Positions 8,560 to 19,745 of a DNA stretch of 64,000 nucleotides are shown piece after piece. A program made the position numbers and the translations under genes. The notes beneath the pieces are model-generated. The model was not told the origin of the DNA. It saw nothing but the letters and a program-made list of their open reading frames with translations, and did not search any database. Source of the DNA: Caecitellus pseudoparvulus (Eukaryota > Protista > Bigyra: Bicosoecida); NCBI GenBank assembly GCA_965644315.1, contig CBFFRQ010000064.1:1-64000 (forward strand), written 5' to 3'. Within the stretch, counting starts at the first letter, position 1; each line of letters opens with the position of its first letter.

Positions 8560-11500
8560 TCAATCCGTAGGCTTCATCGACGCGGTATCTTTCAGCTTCC
8601 TCTGGGAGAGGGCAGACCGCAGCAGCGGATTCTTGGACGCAAATCTACCCTTCGCGATCGCGTCAGCAGCGCTGCCGGACAGGCTGGACCGGTGTGACTT
8701 TGAAGCTGCCAATGCAGCCATGACATGCACTGACGGGCGAGATGCCCGCTCAACTGCGCTGCCCCCCTTTTCGCCGTCAGTGCGTGCCGCCTTTCTTCCT
8801 GACAGCGACAGCCTGGGCGCGATCTCAGTGGCGTAGAATGATTTGAGCATCCACACCACGATGCCGCCAATAAAGACCACGTTCATGCCTGTGAGTACGA
8901 CAGTGACGGCGACTCCAGCAGCGTGGTGATGAGGCCATGGGGTTTGTTCACCGGAAGTCAAGGCTGGGTCTGATGCGACAGCCCCTTGGAATAGCATCGC
9001 CCCGCCGGCAACTGTGGCCATGGACAGGGCCAGGGAAGCGACATCCAGCGCATTGAACGTTGCTTCAGTAAAGGGCGCCCACCCCGCCGACACAATCATG
9101 GCCGTCATAATGACCAACATAGCGAAGGAGACTTGCCAGAGGAGCCCCTGCGGGCGGAGCGCTACGAGCACCATGGCAAAGAGGGCTTTGCGGGCCATGA
9201 TGACAACTTCGTACCAGTAGAACTCTGGCTTGTAGCCCAGAAACAGCAGCCCCAGCGTGCGCCTGTGCCAATCAGAGGAGTGGAGGCGCTGCCGCCGTCT
9301 CCACAGCAGGGTGAAGAGGCCGGCGGGGAGGCCGAGCACAACGAGTAGCAGCAATGGCAGGCCGACGCCGAACCTCCATCCATTGTTACCAGCACTGCTG
9401 CAGAGCACATCGAGATCCTCGAGCAGTCGGTCTTGGCCGCCGATGTCCACACACGTGAACAGCTGCATCACCGTGCGGGTAAGGGGGGTGTAGAACAGGA
9501 ACGCCACCACGAGGGCCGCAACCAACACCTGCCGACGAGCCTCTTGCAGTGTGGCTTTGGTGCAGCTGGCCAAGGCAAAAGAGCCCGCTGACAGAACAAG
9601 CAGCAAACACACCGGCAAGAGCAGCGTGATGAGGACCTTGAGCCGGAAGGCTGACCCCACGGCGTTGGGCACCTCCTCTTTGCGGACACAGTCCAGGGAC
9701 ATGAGCTGTGTGCTGGCGGCGGCTGCCGTATCAGACGCTGCAAGGAGTGCTGAAAATGGGTCTGGCCACTCCAAGTCAAAGGACAGCATGAGCGCAGTCT
9801 GCTGGACGTGGGTGACAAGCAGCTTCTTTGCGACACTGTGCGCCTTCTTGCTGAGTCCCCGTGTTTTGACCTGGCCACGAACAAGCCAAGACACACCCAG
9901 CAGAAAGACAAGGAAGAACACAAACAGCAGCCCCAACGAACGGGAAGTGCCGCCCACACAAGGCTGGCACAGGGTCCCGCCCAGGCGCCCAAAGCCAGCG
10001 GCACACTTTGCGCACTTTGGGCCAGTGTGGCCCTGCGCACAGTCTGCAGTGGCTGCGGATGTGTCTGAGAAGTTTGCTGAAATATTCGCCGCAGCTGCCT
10101 GAACAAACTCTTCCCGGAAGGCAGCTGGTAGGGAGGCTGGCGAGAGCTGCGCTGTGGTCGAGTTGGGAAGCAGGTACGCCAAGTCTTGGGGCTGCACCAG
10201 CCTGTACGCTCCTCGAGGACACATGCGCTGGTCCAGGCACTGTTCGAAAGTGAGCCCATCCTCGCTCCATTCGATCCTAGAAAAGCCGGCTTCGCTTCGT
10301 AGCCACTCCCATGGCCCACCAGTGCAGACAGCTCCGAGAGGGCACGGCTGGCACTGTGCCTTGGACCAATCACTTCTCCTGGCATGCTGTGTAGCAAGAA
10401 ACTCTGCACCACTGCACTTTGCGAAGACAGGCCCCTCCACGCGGGACGCTGGGCTGCGCAGCGTCTCGTGTACCAGGTCTGTTGCAGCACGAACTTGCAA
10501 CCACACTGGGACTTGTGGTGCGTCCAGTACACGCACATCGACCACGTGGCCCCCAGCGGGCACATCCAGCTGGCCGCGACATGCCTCTACCGGCTCTGAG
10601 CTCACGAGCACATCGCCAGCAGCTGCACCTTCAACTGGGACAATCCTGGAAGCCAGAGAAGCATTCCTTCCTATGTCAAGCCAAGGGTCTGTGGAGAATT
10701 CCACAACCCATGCCTTCACAGGGCTGAGCACCGTCACCTCATCGTCCATCCAGGTGAATGCCACCCGTACAGTGCCAGATACCCCGTCCCTATACCCGCA
10801 CGGCTGTTGTGGAGCACTCGTCGGAGCTTGGGGCGTCACGATGTACGACACGTCCGTCCCGGAAGCAGAGCTGGAGGCAGTGGTGATGCCACCAACAGTC
10901 GTAAGTGAAACGCTCAAGTGCTGCATGGCAGCAGCTGTCCTTGCTGCAGGTGGGGGAACAGCCGACACAGAGATACTGCCCACTCCCAGCACTGTCCACG
11001 AGTGCTTGGGGACCTCGACCTGTCCGATTCGGACAGCATCGATGCCAAGGAAGTTTCCCCCTTCGATTGACAGCGCTTCCCCTGTGCGGACCACCCGTGG
11101 GGTAACGCGAACCACTGTCGGGGGGCCAACAATTTGCACAGCTCCCTGTTCTGAGGTCACAGTGAGGCCTTCATTGGTCAGAATAGTCACGTTGCCAAGT
11201 TGAATGGAACCAGCTGGTGGTCGTGGCAATGCTGCCGCATTCAGATCCTCGCACGTGAGACTCCTCCCTCCAGCGCCCAGGGAAAGGTTTCCACCGGCTG
11301 CTTCGCACGACGTACCCGCAATCCACATGCCCCCTCCAGAGCCTTGAGGATCTCCCAGCGCAACGCCTTCGACCGCCACACGCTGAGTAAGGCCAGATCC
11401 AGAGGCCCCCGGCAGCAAAATGCTCCCTTGCACCTTCAAAATTTCGGGGACCGCAAAACGGACAGCCTGGGGCAGTGCTCCTGCCCAACCAGAGGCAAGG

Positions 11501-14500
11501 ACCACTTTGAGATCAGCTTGGGTGCCGCCTCCCGACGCCACGAGGCTTGGTGTCAAACACTCGAAGTACTGCCACGTTGTCGGGGGCAGCAGGGCACAGG
11601 AGGCATTTCCTATAGAGGCAGCCTGAATGCTGGCCAGACCCCCGGGCAGCCCCAATCCACTCCCGAAAATGCGCAGGACTGTGCCCCCCGCCGCAGACAC
11701 GATTGCCGGCAGCACTGCAGTGATGCTCGGAACTGTGTACACTCGAACAGGCGGCGTTTCCACAGCAGCAAGGACGCCACGAACCTTGAGTGTCACCTGG
11801 ACAGATCCAGAGGAACTCGCAAGTGAGTGGGAATCCACATTGACACAGCCCATGGCAGTGCCGTTGCCGAGCTCCACGCTCCCGCAGGGAACACTGCCAA
11901 GCGACATGCTCACATCAACGCCCTGCAGGGAATCGCTAGGAAGTTCTCTGCCGGCAAACCAGAAACTAACGTTCGAGCTGCCTGGTTCAAAGGCAGAAAA
12001 AACAGCGCTTGGTTGCACGTCAGTGATGACTGGTGCTTGGTACGCGAGCTGCTGGGATACAAACGTCGCTGTTGAACCATCCACTCGAGTCACAACCAGC
12101 GGAGACAGAGACCCAATGCCAGGAGGCATGCTACATGTCAACGAGGTTGGCGTGGATGAAATGTTCACGCACTGCCCAAACCCTGCCTGCACAGCGGTGA
12201 TATCCGCATACGACTGATCCGTGTTTGGGTCGCTCCGTCCAAAGTTCATGCCAAATACTTCCAGTCGTCCCCCAGATTGAGGCAGCGTCAGAGGCACGAC
12301 GCCAGATATCGCCGGACTACCGATGATGTGCAGAGCTCCTGGCAGGCGGGCTGCGACGCCTGCTACCTCCACCTGCAAAAGCCCGTTCGCTGCACCAGGG
12401 TGGAAATCACTCGTGTTCAACTGCAAACACCGCACAAACGAGCTGTTGACATGCTGAACGGTGGGACATTGCGCACCGGCAAGTGTGACTCGCAGTTGTG
12501 TGCCGTCAACCCCCAGACTGCTGCCGTGTATGGTGAAGTTCAGAAGAGCTGCTCCGGTTCCAAGCATGAGCTGGTCTGGCGTTAGAGAGTGCGCTTGTGG
12601 CGCAGCGTACACAAGCGGTGCGTAGTTCGAGCCCTGCCCGGCGACGGACACTTGAAGCCATACGTTGCCAACGCCAGGGGGCACGATGCACTGCACGTGG
12701 CCTTCCGCCAGACTGGTGATGTTGCAAATCCCGATCGGCAGTCCAGGGGCTGGTGCTGAATGCAAAGTGACGTTGACGATTGAGGGCGGCAGCACTGAAG
12801 AAGGAGTTGCAGGCAGGACAGCGGCCTCAGATGTGTGCCACAGGTTGCTTCCGAAGATGCTCACTGGGCTGCCTTGAACAGGCAGACTCGTGCTAGGCTG
12901 CAGAACGGACACGGTGGGTGGGTGGTACTGCACGGTGGCATTTGCCGGCCCATGGATAGGGGAGGGAACCCCTTCAATACCATGCGTGAGCGACAGCAGT
13001 GCTCCCCCAGAGAGGTCAGGCAGTGGCAGGGGGGGTGCCAAGCACAGAATACTGCCCGTGGATGCCAGCCTTGGCTGTGCGCATGGTTCGCCCCCTACAA
13101 ACACGTCAAATGAAGCGTCCTCTGTCAAAATAGCAAGCGGCCAGAAGTCTCCCAGCAGCCGAATTTGGGAACCTCCCGAGCTGCCTACGCGGGGGAGGCT
13201 GCCTGGCACGGCTGCGTCCTCCACAGCTGTGATGAGCAGCAAGGAATCCAGCGACCAGCCGAGCGGCCACGCACAGGTGGAGGAGAACGGCTGCAGCGAA
13301 GGTTCAACAAAATCAGATTCCTGGCAACCAAGTAGAGGCAGGCACATGCCATTGCCTTCCAGGACTGGCACTCCAAAAGCTCTGCAGGTGACTCCGGTGG
13401 CTGCAGCTGGGGTTGGCATGTCAACGAGTTGACTGCTTGACATGATGTCGAACAACCACGGGGGAACAGACTGCAGGCGCTGCATGTGGCAGGCTGGACA
13501 TGTGCGGACCTGGGAGACGCTGGCCCAGGAAAGGCGGCTACCAACTGCACGGAACAAGGGGCTGATGCCAGACACGGAAATGAAGTCACCCAGGTCCAGC
13601 GCTGCAGGGGCGGCGAAGCCCATGTACGTGGCAGAGGGAGTCAGTGGCGCACTGTTGCCCCAGCCGACGTTGGAGTGCGCATTCATCCCAACACAATGCA
13701 AGTGCCCTCCTTCAAGGGTGACGCAGGTGGCAGAGTGCATGGCAGAAATGCACGTAGCAGTATGCGCAATGGCTCCTGGTCCTTCGGATGCCGGGGTTTC
13801 ATCGTCTCCGATGAAGCGGGTGTGGCCATTCAACAACTCACCACCATGGTTTTCCCCAAAACACTGCACTGCTCCGGACTCCAGGATGGTGCATGAGTGG
13901 CCCTCCCCGGCCGAAACCTGCACAGCAGCGCCTGAAAGCTCCACTTCCCCCAGAGTGGACGGCAGCTCATTGTCACCGAAGACTTCTTCTATGGCCAGGC
14001 TGGGCTGCCCCAGCTTTCCCGCACTATAGTAGCCAAAGTTATACCCACCTTGCCCCCAGCACTGCACGCCGCCATTAGCAAACAAAGCACAAGCGTGGTT
14101 CCGTCCACATGAAACCTGCACCGCGTCAGAGCGAGTCAGCGACGACAGCCCTCGAGCATTGATTGTGCCGAAGGAGTCTCCGAAAGATGTTGATACGGTG
14201 GATCCTTGTCCGAGTTGCCCGTAGTTGTTTGACCCCACACACTGCACACTGCCGCTAGCTTGCGCGGTGCATGTAAACTGGTACCCAGCGCAGACATCCA
14301 CAGCAGGCCCAAGCAAACTAACCGTGTCGCCCGGCAGAGGAGACTGTACACTCGAATATCCAGGTCGCAGAGCCTCCCCGTAAGTGGACGAGCCCCAGCA
14401 CCTCACTGCACCTGTGCTGAGCACAACACAAGAATGCGCCGACCCTACAGACAAGCGTTTGGCAGCTGCACCCAGGGGCACTGCACTCGAAGCACTTGCA

Positions 14501-17109
14501 TCTTCTGTGGACCTTGGCGACACGCCCAGGTACTCACCATCGCCCCAACAATGCACCTCGCCCGACACGAGCAGAGCACAGGAGTGCTCAAAACCGCTCC
14601 CAGCTTCGACGGCTTCCGCTGGCAGGAATGCCGCCGAGTACAGGTCTTTGGGTGCCAGGGTACGAGTCGCATCCGCGAGGTCTTGCCGGCCCAGCCCCAC
14701 CGTTCCAGCATCCCCCCAACAACGAACGCCGCCCCAGACTGTCACTGCACACGCAGAGTCCCGTTGGCCAGCAACGCGAACATACTCAGCATGGCGCGGA
14801 GCCTGCGTCGCCAACGAGGAAATGAGGGCCCCAGGAAGCAACGGATCCGCCCTGGTCATGCCAGTCTCACGAACCTCAACTTCGTAGCCCAGCGTTGTTG
14901 GGCTCGACACGGGGCGAGCTGCTTGTCCTCCATGGGCTTTCCCGAACGTCTGCAGCGCGCCACCTCGGAGAAGCGCCACCGTGGTGCCTGTGCCACATGC
15001 CAAAGCTACGGCCCGATCGGACAGCTGCACCGGTCCTTGCAGGTACACAGGCTCGTCATCACCGACCATTCCGGCCCTGCCACTATCGGACAAACGCCCA
15101 CGAACTCCCCCCGTCTCCCCACTGCTGTCCCCACCCCAACACACCGAGCGCCCGTCCACCAGCACGGCACACGAGTGCCACCAACCACAGCACACAGAAG
15201 AAGCAGTAAATGGCATGAAAACATGTGATGCAGTTGTGATGTTCTCGTCGTCGCCCACCGAGTCGGTGCCGCCAACGCCAAGGCGCCCTGCTGTGACAGC
15301 AGGCTGTGCACTCCCTGCATCCCCATTCGCACCCCAGCAGTACACCTGCCCAGACACTGAAGTGGCGCACGTGTGAAACGCGCCAGCACTGATGGCTTGC
15401 ACGGGGGCGTCCAAAGGTATGGGGCCAACTGACGGCGCCCACTCGTCATCCCCCACAGAACCTGCCATACCGTAGCCCAGCACGCCTGCTCCGCCACCGC
15501 CGACCACGTGCGCATCATTCAGACCCCAGCAGAAAACACTGAGATTCGCAGTCAAGGCACACGTGTGGAAGCGGCCCGCAGAAAGGTCCACGACAGGGGA
15601 AGGGAACAGCAACTCTTGGGAGTGGCTTGCGTTCGCCACGAAGCCAGCGTGCCCCGCCCCCAACTGACCGAAAGTGCCATTGCCCCAGCAACGCACAGTC
15701 CCACTCCACATCAAGCCGCACGCGTGGCCCTCCCCTTGAACTACCTGCTGTACCTGGCCGGGGAGCGGCACCGGGCCTGCAGCTGCTGGAGTCTCATCGT
15801 CGCCGATAGACGCATTGCTCCCGCTGCCGAGCACCCCCAGCCTGCCTTCGCCCCAACAGAAAGCCGCCCCCGACACGAGAGCTGCACAAGAACTGAAAGG
15901 CCCCACACTTACACTCGACGCAGGAGCTGGTAGTGAGACTTCGGGTACTTGGGCAAGGGGCAAGTCGCCTGCAACATCATTCACGTGGCCAGCACCGAGG
16001 CGACCCAAGCCCATGTCCACGCCAACCTGAGCTGAATCTGAAGCCAAGCCAAAGCACTTGACCCCGCCGTCGAACATGATTGCACACCCATGTTCGTCAC
16101 CAAATTCCACTGACACTGCCCCTGCAGACACAGGCAGCAGGGTTACCTCAGCAAGGCTCTGGCTGGAGGAGACTGGCGGAGAAACCGCGTGCCACGAAGC
16201 GGGCGACTTGCCAAAAGGGGAAGACGCATTGCCGCCCTCGATGCCTTGATTCAAGGGGAGCACCGAATGTGCGTGGATGGACTGGAAAGGGACAATGGAC
16301 GCAGTGCCAGCTGCTCTGATAAAGTGCTTCGCGGACCCTTCGAAGCCAAGGAGGAGGGCTTGCACTGGCGCGTGCATGACAACACGAACAGGATGAGGGC
16401 CAGACTGTGTCCAGTTCCTGGGGTGCGCCGCCTCAGGCAGCGTTCCAACGAGAGTTCCGTCTCCCAGGCTCCACGCCTGCACAGGGTGCCCCACCGCCAC
16501 TCCTGAGCACAAGTCGCCGCCTTCCAACTCCACCCAGCGCCAACCACGCCACGCCAGCATGCGCAAGCAGGCCACGTGTGCTTCTGGGTGCCCCCTCTGC
16601 CATTCCAGGCCAAAGACGGTGAAAATAGTTGCTGGCTGCTCTAACTCCACAGTCTCCCAACTGGTGTTGCCGATACTGCCCTGGCGCCTGAGGAGCACTG
16701 TCGAGGAGGCATTCGCCCAGCCTGAGGGAAGAGGCCTTGACTCATTCATATCCAAGTGCACGTCAAGCGCCACGGCCCACTGCGCGGAGTAGGGCAGGAA
16801 CGGCAGGTGTGAACCGCGCGGACCAGGATCTACAGTCACGTTGAAGTCCCAGCGCAGGCGGTCAGCTTGCTCCGACACGGCGAGCGCCAGCAGCTGGACG
16901 GACGCGCCACCCGCTGAGGTACTGTGCACTGTGACGTCCAGTGGAGCCGTGAGCTCTGCAGCATGCCCTGCTGTCCCACCACTCCACGCGCCAGGTGGTA
17001 TGGAGGAGTATGAAACGAACTGGACTTGATCCTCGAGGTTCGTTGAGCGGCCGATCCCGAACAAAATCAACGCGAGGAAGGGCACAAACACCCTTTGTCC
17101 ATGAGCCAT
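8560..17109 (-). CDS. Large multi-pass surface receptor-like protein: signal peptide, RCC1/BLIP-II repeats, IPT/TIG repeats, FN3-like, Cys-rich, ~7 TM
   Basis: Intronless ORF 8560..17247. First ATG 17109 gives the signal-like MAHGQRVFVPFLALILFGIG. Many GxxHxC..GxVxCWG RCC1 blades (~16120-13600). IPT-like PxIxxVxP..GG..LxIxGxN repeats (~13200-10850). CQPCPLGAVC and CAQGHTGPKCAKC. Hydrophobic helices with SFDLEWP and GYKPEFYWYEVVIMARK. Confidence 0.85.
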   Translation of the reverse strand: MAHGQRVFVPFLALILFGIGRSTNLEDQVQFVSYSSIPPGAWSGGTAGHAAELTAPLDVTVHSTSAGGASVQLLALAVSEQADRLRWDFNVTVDPGPRGSHLPFLPYSAQWAVALDVHLDMNESRPLPSGWANASSTVLLRRQGSIGNTSWETVELEQPATIFTVFGLEWQRGHPEAHVACLRMLAWRGWRWVELEGGDLCSGVAVGHPVQAWSLGDGTLVGTLPEAAHPRNWTQSGPHPVRVVMHAPVQALLLGFEGSAKHFIRAAGTASIVPFQSIHAHSVLPLNQGIEGGNASSPFGKSPASWHAVSPPVSSSQSLAEVTLLPVSAGAVSVEFGDEHGCAIMFDGGVKCFGLASDSAQVGVDMGLGRLGAGHVNDVAGDLPLAQVPEVSLPAPASSVSVGPFSSCAALVSGAAFCWGEGRLGVLGSGSNASIGDDETPAAAGPVPLPGQVQQVVQGEGHACGLMWSGTVRCWGNGTFGQLGAGHAGFVANASHSQELLFPSPVVDLSAGRFHTCALTANLSVFCWGLNDAHVVGGGGAGVLGYGMAGSVGDDEWAPSVGPIPLDAPVQAISAGAFHTCATSVSGQVYCWGANGDAGSAQPAVTAGRLGVGGTDSVGDDENITTASHVFMPFTASSVCCGWWHSCAVLVDGRSVCWGGDSSGETGGVRGRLSDSGRAGMVGDDEPVYLQGPVQLSDRAVALACGTGTTVALLRGGALQTFGKAHGGQAARPVSSPTTLGYEVEVRETGMTRADPLLPGALISSLATQAPRHAEYVRVAGQRDSACAVTVWGGVRCWGDAGTVGLGRQDLADATRTLAPKDLYSAAFLPAEAVEAGSGFEHSCALLVSGEVHCWGDGEYLGVSPRSTEDASASSAVPLGAAAKRLSVGSAHSCVVLSTGAVRCWGSSTYGEALRPGYSSVQSPLPGDTVSLLGPAVDVCAGYQFTCTAQASGSVQCVGSNNYGQLGQGSTVSTSFGDSFGTINARGLSSLTRSDAVQVSCGRNHACALFANGGVQCWGQGGYNFGYYSAGKLGQPSLAIEEVFGDNELPSTLGEVELSGAAVQVSAGEGHSCTILESGAVQCFGENHGGELLNGHTRFIGDDETPASEGPGAIAHTATCISAMHSATCVTLEGGHLHCVGMNAHSNVGWGNSAPLTPSATYMGFAAPAALDLGDFISVSGISPLFRAVGSRLSWASVSQVRTCPACHMQRLQSVPPWLFDIMSSSQLVDMPTPAAATGVTCRAFGVPVLEGNGMCLPLLGCQESDFVEPSLQPFSSTCAWPLGWSLDSLLLITAVEDAAVPGSLPRVGSSGGSQIRLLGDFWPLAILTEDASFDVFVGGEPCAQPRLASTGSILCLAPPLPLPDLSGGALLSLTHGIEGVPSPIHGPANATVQYHPPTVSVLQPSTSLPVQGSPVSIFGSNLWHTSEAAVLPATPSSVLPPSIVNVTLHSAPAPGLPIGICNITSLAEGHVQCIVPPGVGNVWLQVSVAGQGSNYAPLVYAAPQAHSLTPDQLMLGTGAALLNFTIHGSSLGVDGTQLRVTLAGAQCPTVQHVNSSFVRCLQLNTSDFHPGAANGLLQVEVAGVAARLPGALHIIGSPAISGVVPLTLPQSGGRLEVFGMNFGRSDPNTDQSYADITAVQAGFGQCVNISSTPTSLTCSMPPGIGSLSPLVVTRVDGSTATFVSQQLAYQAPVITDVQPSAVFSAFEPGSSNVSFWFAGRELPSDSLQGVDVSMSLGSVPCGSVELGNGTAMGCVNVDSHSLASSSGSVQVTLKVRGVLAAVETPPVRVYTVPSITAVLPAIVSAAGGTVLRIFGSGLGLPGGLASIQAASIGNASCALLPPTTWQYFECLTPSLVASGGGTQADLKVVLASGWAGALPQAVRFAVPEILKVQGSILLPGASGSGLTQRVAVEGVALGDPQGSGGGMWIAGTSCEAAGGNLSLGAGGRSLTCEDLNAAALPRPPAGSIQLGNVTILTNEGLTVTSEQGAVQIVGPPTVVRVTPRVVRTGEALSIEGGNFLGIDAVRIGQVEVPKHSWTVLGVGSISVSAVPPPAARTAAAMQHLSVSLTTVGGITTASSSASGTDVSYIVTPQAPTSAPQQPCGYRDGVSGTVRVAFTWMDDEVTVLSPVKAWVVEFSTDPWLDIGRNASLASRIVPVEGAAAGDVLVSSEPVEACRGQLDVPAGGHVVDVRVLDAPQVPVWLQVRAATDLVHETLRSPASRVEGPVFAKCSGAEFLATQHARRSDWSKAQCQPCPLGAVCTGGPWEWLRSEAGFSRIEWSEDGLTFEQCLDQRMCPRGAYRLVQPQDLAYLLPNSTTAQLSPASLPAAFREEFVQAAAANISANFSDTSAATADCAQGHTGPKCAKCAAGFGRLGGTLCQPCVGGTSRSLGLLFVFFLVFLLGVSWLVRGQVKTRGLSKKAHSVAKKLLVTHVQQTALMLSFDLEWPDPFSALLAASDTAAAASTQLMSLDCVRKEEVPNAVGSAFRLKVLITLLLPVCLLLVLSAGSFALASCTKATLQEARRQVLVAALVVAFLFYTPLTRTVMQLFTCVDIGGQDRLLEDLDVLCSSAGNNGWRFGVGLPLLLLVVLGLPAGLFTLLWRRRQRLHSSDWHRRTLGLLFLGYKPEFYWYEVVIMARKALFAMVLVALRPQGLLWQVSFAMLVIMTAMIVSAGWAPFTEATFNALDVASLALSMATVAGGAMLFQGAVASDPALTSGEQTPWPHHHAAGVAVTVVLTGMNVVFIGGIVVWMLKSFYATEIAPRLSLSGRKAARTDGEKGGSAVERASRPSVHVMAALAASKSHRSSLSGSAADAIAKGRFASKNPLLRSALSQRKLKDTASMKPTD

Positions 17110-17830
17110 ACTGGCTGATCTTGGCGTGGGGTGGTGAGCTGCAAAAGCAGCGTGCTGCCAGCAGCAGTGCAGCAGGTCGTGGCGACGAAACGCCAGCGTG
17201 AAACACGGAGCCGCTACAGCCTGACACCCGAATTCCCAAGAGGTCAAGACAGAGGGAGGAAAGGCGGGTGATTATAATTGCCCAGGGCCTCTGCAACCCT
17301 CCTGATACCGCCGGGAACAAAGTGCTTGCAATGGAGTAGCGAGTAAGCGCCGAAGTGGCTGGCTTGCGTTGCACCAGACGGGAGTGCCAAGCTGGGGAAA
17401 GAGCTCGCACAACGCGGTAGGTGCAGAGAGCAGCTTCCAGAAATGTGGAGTGCCTAGAAGAATGGTGTGGGGGCCTGGCTTTTAAAGCACAAGAGCGCCT
17501 GCCTTCTTTCGCGCATGCATGGTGTGCAGAGCAGGCTGGCAGGAAGGCCGTTCGAAAGGGCACTGATGGTGAACATCACCGCACCTAAGTCCCAAGCAAG
17601 CCAGCACATTTATGACTATTGAGCCGGTCCGCGATTGCCTTGTTGTGGCGTGCTTAGCCGCAGCAGTCAGGCGCCCTCCCAGCCTCGCACGCCAGCTGTA
17701 CAGAGAACTTCCGAGCCCACAATCCAGTGGCTGGCAGAGCTCGTAATAGAGCCACAAAACAAGTTCACCCACTCACATCTCGTCAAACTACCTAGCAGCA
17801 TGTAGAGTGCTTTGGCAGCTCCCTGTCTCG

Positions 17831-19745
17831 TCACGCATTGCTGCAAGAATCCGCACCCAGCAATCGTCCTCGGAATCCAGGTGACTGTGGCAAGTCAGAC
17901 AGCTCCATTCGCTTACTGCGCCGCCTCCGCACGACGACACGTTTGGGACTCTGGGCGCGGCTCCGCCCATGGCTGGGCATGGCCTCCCCAGCTTGAGCTG
18001 GTGCGGGAGAGACATCCTCAGTAACCAGAGGGCTGCAGCTGGGCAACGATGGGCTGGAAGCACCAGCAGGCGTGGACGCGAGTGCTAAAAGCAACGGAGA
18101 GCGCAGAGACGAAGAGCCGCTTGGCCTCAATCGAGAGGCCTGGATTCCCAGCGAGGCTCTCCGGCTGTGAGCTGGCTGCAGTGGGGAGTGAGGTGGAACC
18201 CCGACGGCCAAGCCCGTAGCTTGCCTCGAGCCAAGGGACTCTTGAGACGCGCTTGGTGCTTCGCTGGGAGCATACAGCACAGGTGCATGAAGTTGAAGAT
18301 CCTCCCCTTCCTCGTGCGAAAGCACCGGCGTCGTTGGTGGCGTGTCAGCAGACCCGCCAAGCTCTGACGCACCCTCCTCCCCTGCGACAAGTGCTGCACC
18401 CTTTGGGCAAGAATCAGAGCCCTGCAGAGCAGACTGCTGTTGAAGACTTCCATCTTTGATTCTTACATGCTGGCGTGGTGGTTGCGAGCCTGCAGGCTGT
18501 CCGTATCCGGGACGCTCCACTGCAGCTGCCTCCTCGCCATCAAGACCGAGATCGAGCAAGCCCTGTTTGAAGGCAGAGATGGAGCCCCGCCCGGCTGTCA
18601 GCCACGCATGGTGGCTAACTTCCTCCACTGTCAGGCGCTTCGACGGGTCAACTTGCAGCAACCCTGTGATGAGTGAAGCGAGGCGCTTGGAGACTGAGAG
18701 ATGGCTGGGCCAGGGAAGGGTGCCGCTGAACAGCAGTTGCTTGAGCTCCGCACGATTCCGCGCCTGAAAGGGACGACGCCCGCACACCATCTCAAAGAGG
18801 ATGACGCCAATCGACCAGCAGTCTGCACAGCTTCCCTTGTACGTCTGCGGCGCTCGAGGGGTGTGGCGAAGTGCAGCGTTGAGAGTGCTAGAACCGACGC
18901 AGAAGTACATACAGTGTGCTGGGCAGCGCTGGCTTGGTATGCTGATGGGAAGAGCACTTCCGGGGCAGAGTACAGGGGTGTGCCAACAGGGCTCGAAGAC
19001 CTCCCCAGGCTCGTCACAGACGCGGAGAGGCCAAAGTCAGCGAGCTTCACCCGCACACCGTCTGGAGCCCTGCCTTCAGACGACCTTGCAGCTGCAAAGA
19101 GGATGTTCTCTGGCTTCAAGTCCCTGTGTACCACATTCCTACGGTGGCAGTACTGCACGCCAGCGACCACTTGGTGAAAGATCACCCTTGCCTCCGGCTC
19201 CGGCAGCCGGCCTGCGGGCATTTCGGAGGCACCGTGCAAACACGCCCTCGCACGTCGCTCCGAACGCACTCACAAGATGGAGAGGCTCTCAAGACATCCG
19301 CCAGTGTGCCGTGTGTGGCCAGCTCCATGATGAAGTGGAGGTGGTCCCGGCCTCGAATCACCTGCGGCCCGCACGTGGCAAGCGGGTGGTTTGAGCTGCG
19401 CCAGTCAGTTCCTGAGCCGCTTGCGCAGGGAGGCTCACGTTGATGAGACGAATGACATGCTCGTGCTCAAGGGATGTAAGAATGAACACCTCTCGGCAAA
19501 GTCGCTCGATGTCGCCGATGTCTCGAACGTGACTGTGGCTCACAGCCTTGATGGCCACCTGCGGCCGAGTTCCGCAGGGTGGTCATGCTGTGCACATGCC
19601 ACGCGCAGGGGCTGCGTGGCCTCACCTCCTGGCCGCTTTCGACGTCTACTGCACGTCTAACAGTGCCGAAGGAACCCTTGCCCAGCGTGGATGTCAGCTT
19701 GTAGCCTGGAACGTCATGCTTTGAGCTGCCGCACTCTGCAGCCAT
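17831..19745 (-). CDS. CAMK-group (SNF1/AMPK/MARK-like) Ser/Thr protein kinase, 4 introns
   Basis: LGKGSFGTV, VAIK, REVFIL, HRDLKPENIL, DFG, GTPLYSAPE and DCWSIGVILFEMVCG..PF are joined by GT-AG introns. Disordered C-tail. Confidence 0.9.

Noticed and set aside
1-17109. Endogenous giant virus or transposon explanation for the intronless block
   Set aside because: No capsid, polymerase, integrase, transposase, terminal repeat or target-site duplication seen. It cannot be excluded beyond the left edge.
17110-17247. 46-codon N-terminal extension of the receptor ORF in the track
   Set aside because: Non-ATG start. ATG 17109 places the signal peptide at the N-terminus.
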